This document shows, piece by piece, positions 27,452-35,307 of a stretch of 64,000 nt of DNA (positions are counted from its first letter, which is position 1; each line of letters opens with the position of its first letter). The notes under the pieces are model-generated. The model had not been told where the DNA came from and searched no databases. It was given only the letters and a program-made list of their open reading frames with translations. Made by a program: the position numbers and the translations under genes. The stretch is from an uncultured Oscillospiraceae bacterium. GTDB lineage: Bacteria > Bacillota > Clostridia > Oscillospirales > Ruminococcaceae. The stretch lies in contig CABUAH010000001.1 in assembly GCA_902489475.1 (NCBI GenBank), forward strand, positions 25,919 to 89,918, in the 5' to 3' direction.

Positions 27452-28042
27452 TCAGTAAGTAAATTTTGTTGCAGCAGGTCGAGTGCCGTCACGCACTAAA
27501 GTCTTTGTAGCAGTTGTTTTGATTTTTGTCGGTTCAAGAGCATTTACTTTTATAGTTATTACTGAGCCGTATACAGCCTTTGTGCCTTCTTTATGAGAAA
27601 TTGCGATAACAGAATCGTCACATGAGCCTTTCTTGCCCTCATAAACTACCTTGACTTCAAACCCTACAGACTGCAAAACAGTTTTTGCAACTTGATATGT
27701 AAAGTCAGAAACATAAGGAACTTCAGTATATCTCGTTCCTTTAGAAACGTAAACATCAACTATTGCTCCGGGAGATACCGAATCTCCTGCCTTTACACTC
27801 TGGTCAAAGATCAATCCCTTTTTAAATTCTGTCGAGTAATTTTCGATTGGGTTGAGCTTATACTCCAAAGCGTTTTTATTTGCATCTTCTAAAGTCTTGC
27901 CTGTAAGATCGGGCATGATTATATTTGCATACTCACTTTTGACAACCGAAAATTCGGGCGTCTTATAAAAGATTTCATCACATCCGCAAAGCGACATAAA
28001 TATTAGCAGAGCGGATAATGAGGCAATTATTTTTCTGATCAT
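27452..28042 (-). CDS. PASTA-domain lipoprotein
   Basis: A lipobox LIFMSLCGC followed by two PASTA-like repeats (PDLTGKTLEDANK...VDVYVSKG and VPYVSDFTYQVAKTVLQSVGFEVKVVYE...ITIKVN). Confidence 0.65.
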   Translation of the reverse strand: MIRKIIASLSALLIFMSLCGCDEIFYKTPEFSVVKSEYANIIMPDLTGKTLEDANKNALEYKLNPIENYSTEFKKGLIFDQSVKAGDSVSPGAIVDVYVSKGTRYTEVPYVSDFTYQVAKTVLQSVGFEVKVVYEGKKGSCDDSVIAISHKEGTKAVYGSVITIKVNALEPTKIKTTATKTLVRDGTRPAATKFTY

Positions 28043-28827
28043 TTTTTATCCTCTTTGATTAGAATTCTTATGGCTTCAATTGCACATTTAATAGCTCTTT
28101 GAGAATCATGAGTTATGTTGTCGGGAAGACCTTTGTTTGATCTTTCAACATTCCAAAGCGCTGTCAAAACACACGAGCATCTGACTCTTTTTACAAGTCC
28201 GATTGCAAAAATTGCCGCACATTCCATTTCACTTGCAAGACAGCCTGCTTTTAAATATGCATTCCAGCGATATTTTATATCCGATGCTACAGCGGATTCA
28301 TCGGGCTCAACCTCACCGTAAAAGCTGTCCTTTGAATGAACAACACCCAAATGATAACCGTTTCCGAAATCATCTGATGAAAGCTTTTCCGCAGCTTGCT
28401 TTAACGCTGAAACAACCTCAAAGTCCGCAACAGCAGGATAATCCGCAGTGAGATATTCATGGCTCGTGCCTTCACCTCTTACGGCAGCGGTTGCAATAAC
28501 CAAATCTCCGCCGATAACTTTAGTATCCATGCCTCCGCTTGTGCCTACACGGATAAAAGTATCCGCTCCGCATTTTATAAGCTCCTCGACAGCGATAGCG
28601 GAAGATGGTCCGCCTATTCCCGTTGAACATACAGTTACTTTTTCTCCGTCCAAGGTTCCCGTGTAAACATTATATTCACGGTTATAAGAAATCTGTTGTG
28701 CATTTTCAAGATATGCTGCAATTTTTTCAACTCTTCCGGGATCTCCGGGTAGAATTACATATCTTCCTATTTCGTCCTTTGTAGTGTTAATATGAAACTG
28801 TCTTTCTTGATCCATAATTGATGCCAT
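28039..28827 (-). CDS. udp: Uridine/nucleoside phosphorylase (PNP_UDP_1 family)
   Basis: LPGDPGRVEKIA...REYNVYTG...VCSTGIGGPSSAIAVEEL...RVGTSGG...SEMECAAIF. Confidence 0.7.
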   Translation of the reverse strand: MASIMDQERQFHINTTKDEIGRYVILPGDPGRVEKIAAYLENAQQISYNREYNVYTGTLDGEKVTVCSTGIGGPSSAIAVEELIKCGADTFIRVGTSGGMDTKVIGGDLVIATAAVRGEGTSHEYLTADYPAVADFEVVSALKQAAEKLSSDDFGNGYHLGVVHSKDSFYGEVEPDESAVASDIKYRWNAYLKAGCLASEMECAAIFAIGLVKRVRCSCVLTALWNVERSNKGLPDNITHDSQRAIKCAIEAIRILIKEDKK

Positions 28828-28846
28828 AAATTACCTCCTAAGGGTG

Positions 28847-29872
28847 CTAAAGCTTCATAATCAGTTTTTCGATATTTTCTTCCTTCGTAGCCCAGCTCGC
28901 ACAGAATCTGTAAGCGGACTCTTTTTCGCTGATCTTTTGAGATAGCTCAAATCCGAATTCGCATTTTAGCTCAAAAGCTTTATCATTGCTCAAAATGACA
29001 AACTGCTGATTTGTATAGGAATCGGCAAAAAGGGAATAGCCCTTTTTAATAAAAGCGTCTTTAAGCTTTAATGCAAGCGAAACTGCGTGCTTTGAAATTT
29101 CAAAATACAAATTATCGGTAAAAAGCTCGGCAAATTGAATTCCCAAAAGTCTTCCCTTTGCGAGCATACCTCCGCATTGCTTTATCATGTATCTGAAATC
29201 GGGCTTTAGATCGTCATTAGTTATGACAAGAGCTTCTCCGAAGAGCGCTCCGACCTTTGTTCCGCCTATGTAAAAAACATCGCATAAATTTTCAAGCTCA
29301 GTGGGTTTTATGTCGCACTTTTCACACGCAAGCCCATACCCAAGCCTTGCACCGTCGATGAACAAATATATTCCGCATTTCTTACAGGTTTCATATATAT
29401 CACAAAGCTCTTGCTTTGAATAAATTGTTCCTGTTTCAGTCGGGAATGATATATATGCCATTTTAGGCATAACGGTGTGTTCTTTCGATTCATCTGAAAT
29501 GTGAGAGATATAAAGCTCTTCTATTTGTTTAGCTGAGAGCTTTCCGTATTTGTTTGGAACGGCTATTACTTTGTGACCTCTTGCTTCGATCGCACCCGTT
29601 TCATGAACATTGATGTGACCTGTGTCCGGCGAGATAACGCCTTGATATGGCTTTAGTACAGACGTTATGACAGTTGTGTTCGTCTGTGTTCCGCCTACAA
29701 GGAAATGAATATCACTGTGAGTAAGAGAAAATGCAGCTTTAATTTTTTCTTTTGCTGTTTCACAGTATTCGTCTTGACCGTAGCCAATTGTCTGCTCCAT
29801 ATTTGTTTTCGTAAGGGCGTTTAAGATTTTCTCGTGACAGCCCTCTGTATAATCGCTTGTGAATAAAATCAT
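28847..29872 (-). CDS. Threonine aldolase / beta-eliminating lyase family PLP enzyme
   Basis: FTSDYTEGCHEKIL...GGTQTNT...FIDGARL...FYIGGTKVGALFGEALV, with a PLP-lysine context. Confidence 0.6.
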   Translation of the reverse strand: MILFTSDYTEGCHEKILNALTKTNMEQTIGYGQDEYCETAKEKIKAAFSLTHSDIHFLVGGTQTNTTVITSVLKPYQGVISPDTGHINVHETGAIEARGHKVIAVPNKYGKLSAKQIEELYISHISDESKEHTVMPKMAYISFPTETGTIYSKQELCDIYETCKKCGIYLFIDGARLGYGLACEKCDIKPTELENLCDVFYIGGTKVGALFGEALVITNDDLKPDFRYMIKQCGGMLAKGRLLGIQFAELFTDNLYFEISKHAVSLALKLKDAFIKKGYSLFADSYTNQQFVILSNDKAFELKCEFGFELSQKISEKESAYRFCASWATKEENIEKLIMKL

Positions 29873-30720
29873 TATTTTGCACTCTTTTCCATTTTCATTG
29901 ATATATCAAAGCATTTTACCGAATGAGTCAAAGCTCCTATTGAGATAATGTCAACGCCTGTTTCGGCAATGCTTTTTATAGTTTCTTCTGTTACATTTCC
30001 GCTTGCTTCAAGCAAGGATTTGCCATCACAAAGCTTTACAGCCTCTGCCATTTGATCGCAGGACATATTGTCAAGCATAATAAGCTCTGCACCTACCGAA
30101 AGAGCTTCGTTTACTTCGTCAAGATTTGTTGTTTCAACCTCGATTTTTACGGTGTGTCCCAAATGTTCACGCAGTGCGTTAACAGCATTTGTGATGCTGC
30201 CGTATGCGTCAAGATGAGTATCTTTGAGCATTGCACAGTCGGAAAGGTTGTATCTGTGGTTTTTTCCGCCTCCGACAGTAACAGCGTATTTTTGCAGTGA
30301 GCGAAGTCCGGGAAGAGTTTTTCTTGTATCGGCAACACTTGCCTTTGTGTCTTTTATCAATTCAACGCATTTGTTCGTTTGAGTAGCAATACCTGAAAGG
30401 TGCTGAACTAGATTAAGAGCAGTTCTTTCACCCTTTAACAGCGTTTTAACACTTCCGTGAATAACAGCGATTATGTCGCCTTTTTTAACCTTTTGACCGT
30501 CGCTTATCAAAATCTCGTACTGAATCGTGCTGTCCAAAAGTTCAAAAACTCTCATGGCTATTTCTATTCCGCACAAAACTCCGTCGTCCTTTGATACATA
30601 TCTTGCGGTTGACGTGAGGTTATCATCAATGAGATAATCGGTAGTAACATCGATATAGTTTATGTCCTCTTTTATAGCTCGTTTAATTATGTCATCAATT
30701 TCAAACTGCATAGGTTTCAT
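29872..30720 (-). CDS. nadC: Nicotinate-nucleotide diphosphorylase (carboxylating)
   Basis: IKEDINYIDVTT...GERTALNLVQHLSGIATQT...DTRKTLPGLR...KYAVTVGGGKNHR...IMLDNM. Confidence 0.9.
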   Translation of the reverse strand: MKPMQFEIDDIIKRAIKEDINYIDVTTDYLIDDNLTSTARYVSKDDGVLCGIEIAMRVFELLDSTIQYEILISDGQKVKKGDIIAVIHGSVKTLLKGERTALNLVQHLSGIATQTNKCVELIKDTKASVADTRKTLPGLRSLQKYAVTVGGGKNHRYNLSDCAMLKDTHLDAYGSITNAVNALREHLGHTVKIEVETTNLDEVNEALSVGAELIMLDNMSCDQMAEAVKLCDGKSLLEASGNVTEETIKSIAETGVDIISIGALTHSVKCFDISMKMEKSAK

Positions 30721-30725
30721 ATGTT

Positions 30726-31910
30726 TTATTTCCTTTCTTTCTGTTTGTCGTTTGAAAAATTAATTTCTATTACGTCGCTTGATTCTGTCTTTGCTTCGGT
30801 GCTGAGCTTTTCGTTTACACGTTCTCTGACAATTTTATATATTGTGGCGGCTAGAGGAACGGAAAATATCATTCCGAAGATTCCGAAAAGTCCTCCACCG
30901 ACAGTTACTGCTGCTAAAACCCATATAGACGGAAGCCCTACAGAATTTCCGACAACTCTTGTGTAGATCAAGTTTTCTTCAAGGATCTGAACAACAAGAT
31001 AGAAGGCTATGAAAATAATTGCTTTTATAGGGCTTTCGGTAAAAATCAGAAATGCTCCTATAATAGCTCCCAAGTATGCACCTACTATAGGAATCCAAGC
31101 TGTTATTCCAACGACAACTCCGGTTAAAAGTGCATAAGGAAAACCAAACAGCCACATACCGACGCCTATAATACAGCCGAGCAATACAGCGTCTGTACAT
31201 TGTCCGACAACAAAGCTTGAAAAAGTTTTATTAGCAATTGAAAGGTAATGACCCAACTTTTCGCCTTTATATGGATTATACGCTCTTAAAACTTTTTTAA
31301 ATTGTTTTATGAGCGTTTCCTTGTTGGCTAAAAGATAAATAGCAAATATAACTGCCACAACAGTTGTAACAATCACAGAAATCGTACCGGAAGCAATTGA
31401 GAATACACCGTCTAAAATTCCGGTAGCACCGCTTGTGATGAAGGAAGTCATTCTTGAGGCAATATCGCTCCAGTTTGATTTAGGTATGTCGCCGAGTCCG
31501 GATAAAAATGTATTTTCAAAATTCTTTTCAGTCCATTTCGCAAGATCTTCTACAAACAAAGGAATCTTTTCCCCAAGAAGTGAGATTGCTTTTACTATTT
31601 CAGGAACAATCAGAGATATAACGGCAAGAACTATCAGCAGCAAAAGTAAAATAGACGCAATAAGGCAAACAGGACGCCTTGTTTTTTGAACAATTCTCTT
31701 TTTTGACGAAGAAAAGTAAATTTTCTCAATCCTTGTTAACAAAATGTTAAGTGCAAATGCCAATATAAGTCCTAAAATAAGCGGAAACATTGCGTCATAT
31801 ATCATAACAACCAATCCGCCAAGCTGAGTGGAATACTTTATAAAAAGAATTATAACTACAAGCAGCACTCCGAAAAAAATAAGTCGTTTGTTTCTTTTTG
31901 AGATTTTCAT
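30726..31910 (-). CDS. AI-2E family transporter (PerM/YhhT-like permease)
   Basis: A polytopic membrane protein. C-terminal blocks PIVGAYLGAIIGAFLIF and YTRVVGNSVGLPSIWVLAAV are typical of the AI-2E/UPF0118 family. Confidence 0.8.
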   Translation of the reverse strand: MKISKRNKRLIFFGVLLVVIILFIKYSTQLGGLVVMIYDAMFPLILGLILAFALNILLTRIEKIYFSSSKKRIVQKTRRPVCLIASILLLLLIVLAVISLIVPEIVKAISLLGEKIPLFVEDLAKWTEKNFENTFLSGLGDIPKSNWSDIASRMTSFITSGATGILDGVFSIASGTISVIVTTVVAVIFAIYLLANKETLIKQFKKVLRAYNPYKGEKLGHYLSIANKTFSSFVVGQCTDAVLLGCIIGVGMWLFGFPYALLTGVVVGITAWIPIVGAYLGAIIGAFLIFTESPIKAIIFIAFYLVVQILEENLIYTRVVGNSVGLPSIWVLAAVTVGGGLFGIFGMIFSVPLAATIYKIVRERVNEKLSTEAKTESSDVIEINFSNDKQKERK

Positions 31911-31920
31911 AGATTTTTCC

Positions 31921-33435
31921 TTAATAATTGTTTAACTCATGCTCAACCCAGTTTTGAGTTTTAAGCTCAAGACTCTCCGTGGCAGTTTTGTTAGCTTCTG
32001 AGAGAATAATATATGCTACTGTTGCCAGCGACTTTGCCTCTGTGTAATCTTTGTCAACAGTAAAGTTCCCGTTTTCGAGCATTTCTTTGATTTTAATAAT
32101 TTCGTCAAAGCCGGAAAAGAGCTTTTCAATATTCGGCATTACGAAGTAAGCAGACTGCATAATGCTTCTTATGCGGGTGCGGATTCCTGTAGGTATATGC
32201 ACAGCGTCTTTGTTTTGTTTGAATTCGTATTCGCTGAAGCCTCTTTTCATTCCCTTTGCACGCTCATTGATAACCGTAGCGGCGTGCCTTGAGAAAACCA
32301 AAGCTTCCAAAAGAGAATTTGAAGCAAGACGGTTGTTTCCGTGAACTCCCGTGTGAGAACATTCTCCGCAGGCAAACAAATTATCTACAGTTGTTTCAGC
32401 TTTTTCGTCAACAGCAATTCCGCCCATAAGATAGTGCTGGCACGGGTAGATTGGAATTAAATCCTTAGTCATATCATATCCGGCTTCCAAAAGCTTTTTG
32501 TAAATCATGGGGAATCGATCTTTAATAAATGTCGGATCCTTGTGAGTTATATCAAGATAGAATTCGTTGCTGTTTGTACGCTGCTCTTCGAAAATTATTG
32601 AGTGGGATACAACATCTCTTGGGGCAAGCTCCAGTCTGTCGTCGTAGTTGTGCATAAACCTTTCACCGAAACAGTTCCTTAAATATGCACCTTCTCCTCG
32701 AACCGCTTCAGATATCAAAAAGCATTCTCTGGAATTTTTATCGTTAAAAGCAGTAGGATGAAATTGAATATAGCTTAGTCTGGAAATTTTCGCACCCATA
32801 TTATAAGCAAAGGCTATTCCGTCACCTGTGGCAATGGATGAGTTTGTAGTATATTCATAAACTCGACCGATACCGCCGGAAGCAAAAATGCTGAAATGCG
32901 AGTTATATGTGGTGTGAACGCCGTTTCTAAGCACATCAAATGAAAATCCGGTAGGCGTCTTTTTTACGTTGCACACAAGTGCGTTGTCGATAACATCTAT
33001 GTTTTTAAGTGTTAAAACAAAATTTCTCAGTTTCGTGGTGATCTCATCACCGGTCGAATCTTTGTGATGAAAGATTCGGTGCTTTCCGTGACCGCCCTCA
33101 AGGGTTCGGTGATAATCGCCGTTTGAAGTTTTATCAAAGTCTACTCCGAGGTTTATTATCTTCTCAATGTCAATGTGTGCTTCATTGACAAGAATAGTAG
33201 TTGTTTTAGGGTTGTTCTCAAAACCTCCTGCGACAAAAGTATCATGCTTGTGAAATTCAGGCGAATCATTGGGAGAGTTATAAACTCCTGCAATTCCGCC
33301 CTGCGCAAGGGAAGAGTTACACAGAGAAAGCTCTGCTTTTGAAATCAGCAAAACACGCAGGCGCTCAGAGAGGTTTATTGCTGAATAAAGACCTGCGACG
33401 CCGCTTCCGATAACTATTACGTCATAATTATTCAT
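31921..33435 (-). CDS. nadB: L-aspartate oxidase
   Basis: YDVIVIGSGVAGLYSA...AQGGIAG...HPTAF...LISEAVRGEGAYL...CGECSHTGVHGNNRLASNSLLE. Confidence 0.9.
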   Translation of the reverse strand: MNNYDVIVIGSGVAGLYSAINLSERLRVLLISKAELSLCNSSLAQGGIAGVYNSPNDSPEFHKHDTFVAGGFENNPKTTTILVNEAHIDIEKIINLGVDFDKTSNGDYHRTLEGGHGKHRIFHHKDSTGDEITTKLRNFVLTLKNIDVIDNALVCNVKKTPTGFSFDVLRNGVHTTYNSHFSIFASGGIGRVYEYTTNSSIATGDGIAFAYNMGAKISRLSYIQFHPTAFNDKNSRECFLISEAVRGEGAYLRNCFGERFMHNYDDRLELAPRDVVSHSIIFEEQRTNSNEFYLDITHKDPTFIKDRFPMIYKKLLEAGYDMTKDLIPIYPCQHYLMGGIAVDEKAETTVDNLFACGECSHTGVHGNNRLASNSLLEALVFSRHAATVINERAKGMKRGFSEYEFKQNKDAVHIPTGIRTRIRSIMQSAYFVMPNIEKLFSGFDEIIKIKEMLENGNFTVDKDYTEAKSLATVAYIILSEANKTATESLELKTQNWVEHELNNY

Positions 33436-33490
33436 AAAAATGACACGGCCTTTCTGTTTGTAGTGAAACTGTTTTTATAACCTAAGCGCA

Positions 33491-33580
33491 GATGTCCCCC
33501 GACTCTAAAGCGGCGGGTTCCATTTCAGAATTTAGTGGGAATTATAATCTCCCATTGAAACCCTGAGGAGCTAACGCTCC
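33491..33580. repeat. Copy A of a ~90-nt three-hairpin element
   Basis: It starts GATGTCCCC and contains GCGGCGG, a long central hairpin, GAAACCCT and the terminal hairpin GGAGC-taac-GCTCC. It is flanked by the 8-nt direct repeat AAGCGCAG (33484-91 and 33581-88). Confidence 0.5.
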
Positions 33581-33780
33581 AAGCGCAGGTTTCAATCAGA
33601 CGCCACACTCTGCTCCTTGCAAGCAAAGCAGAGCGTTGCTCCGATTTAAGTTAATAGTAATAATACCACATTTTTTTGAAAAATGCCATACTTTTATTGC
33701 TTTTTTATAAAAATTAAGTAAAAAACAATTTGAATAACAAAAAGGATTCTTCCAATGATTAAAGTAAATAACCGTGAACG

Positions 33781-33868
33781 GATGTCCCCGCCTTTTAGGC
33801 GGCGGTCATCTACGTTTTTCAGTAGGGGAGATAAATCTCCTACTGAAACCCTAAGGGGCTTCGCCCCT
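33781..33868. repeat. Copy B of the same element, in the same orientation
   Basis: It has the same block order (GATGTCCCC, GCGGCGG, central hairpin tttcagtagg..cctactgaaa, GAAACCCT, hairpin AGGGGC-ttc-GCCCCT). It is flanked by the inverted 7-mers GTGAACG and CGTTCAC. Confidence 0.5.
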
Positions 33869-33925
33869 CGTTCACTTGTTAAATGACGGGGCAGTGCCCC
33901 TTATTGAACCAACGGAGGATTTTTT

Positions 33926-35065
33926 ATGGATAATTTCAGCTTTTTAGACGCACATGAACGAATTCTTTCGCCGATGCAGGCTTACAAATTCGGGCTTGCT
34001 TTAGGTTCTTCTTTCAAGGATAAAAGTAAAATAGCAGTAGGCTTCTGTAAAAAAAGAGGATCGGATATTTATGCTTATTTGATTTCTTCAGCAATTTCTG
34101 CGTGTGGAAACGATTGTTATTTGATTCCCGATAGTGAGATGTATATGTCTGCATACGGTGCTTTCGCATTTTCAGCTGAGTGTTATTTACACATTTCGTT
34201 TGAAAGTCATGTAAGCGTGTGGGCAGGCGGAAAACTCGGAAGCGGACTCAGCAAGGATTTTTTATATGAGATAACCGAAAGGTATCATACGGAGCGCTTT
34301 GAGCCTGTTGCTCCTCACCTCAGCGGAAAGATTGAAATTGTGAATGAGGTTAAGAGCTTATATTCTTCTGATTTGAGCAGAAAGTTTAATAATATAAAAG
34401 GTATAAGAGCGCAGTTTAAAACATCATCTTCGCTTACAGCAAATCTATTTGATGAAATAATACGGGATAAAAATGATCTTAATGCAGAAGAGGTTGTGTT
34501 TAATTTTTCACTTGACTGCAAAAAAGTTTCTGCATACAGCGAAAAAACAGGATATGTATTTTATGAAACACTGTTGATGCTTGCTGCAAATATAGAGCTT
34601 GAAAACGGCGTGGAGGTTGTTGTGCCGAAATACTTCCCGTCTGCGGCAAATAAGCTTTCCGGCAGACTTTTACGCACCGAAGGCAGAGAAAGTCTTATAA
34701 TCGGTGAGCATAACAGATTTTTAACCGACAGTTTTTATCTTGTTTTGATGATTTTAGATTATATGGGTAAGAACAATTTCACTTTAAGCGATGCGCTTGA
34801 AGGTATTCCGAGAGTATATTTTTCTCAAAGGTATATTTATGCCGGGGAGGATTGCGAAGAGAAAATGAATAAAATGAAAACAGAGGGGTTCATTGACGAA
34901 AATTCAGAGTATGTCGGTGCGTTAGGAAAAGTGAGAACGAAGCTTGATAAAACAAAAAGAGGAATACTTCTTTTGGCAGACGCTTTAAGTTTTGAAGCAG
35001 CGGGTTCTCTTTGCGATGAGATAGAGAATTATGTCAATCGAATAAATCTTGACAAAGATGAATAA
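33926..35065 (+). CDS. Hypothetical protein, distantly phosphoglucomutase/phosphomannomutase-like (probably non-catalytic)
   Basis: The N-terminal layout (LSPMQAYKFGLALGSSF..KIAVGFCKKRGSDIYAYLISSAISACGNDCYLIP) resembles PGM_PMM domain I. I could not find the canonical phosphoserine loop. Confidence 0.35.
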   Translation: MDNFSFLDAHERILSPMQAYKFGLALGSSFKDKSKIAVGFCKKRGSDIYAYLISSAISACGNDCYLIPDSEMYMSAYGAFAFSAECYLHISFESHVSVWAGGKLGSGLSKDFLYEITERYHTERFEPVAPHLSGKIEIVNEVKSLYSSDLSRKFNNIKGIRAQFKTSSSLTANLFDEIIRDKNDLNAEEVVFNFSLDCKKVSAYSEKTGYVFYETLLMLAANIELENGVEVVVPKYFPSAANKLSGRLLRTEGRESLIIGEHNRFLTDSFYLVLMILDYMGKNNFTLSDALEGIPRVYFSQRYIYAGEDCEEKMNKMKTEGFIDENSEYVGALGKVRTKLDKTKRGILLLADALSFEAAGSLCDEIENYVNRINLDKDE

Positions 35066-35170
35066 AGTGGTATAATAATAGTTAATATTAATGGTCGGAA
35101 ACTTTTTCAGCGGTATTGATTTTCGTTTCTTTGCCGCAAAAAATCGAATGTTACATTCTTTTTATTATTT

Positions 35171-35217
35171 GCCCGAGCCTCTTAAATTTAGTTGTTGATA
35201 TGGCTCAGGGCTTTTTT
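35171..35217 (+). terminator. Terminator-like hairpin after the PGM-like gene
   Basis: Arms gcccgagcc/ggctcagggc (9 bp with one bulged base) and a 22-nt loop, followed by T6 (35212-35217). Confidence 0.45.
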
Positions 35218-35307
35218 GTTAACTCAAAACAATAATTAAAACACTTATGCACCGAACGGAAAAATGTGCAGGTGAACAGACAAACCGGAAAGGAAAGTAT
35301 TTTTTAT

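Noticed and set aside
33491-33868. Calling the duplicated element an NAD+ riboswitch (nadA-motif-like) because it sits next to nadB and has a ...AUGUCCCC bulge-like block
   Set aside because: My recollection of the class I NAD+ riboswitch consensus (ACANCCCC) matches only loosely. The wobble pairs favour the strand opposite to nadB. The class is known from a different phylum. I cannot support this without a covariance-model search, so it is reported only as an unclassified structured repeat.
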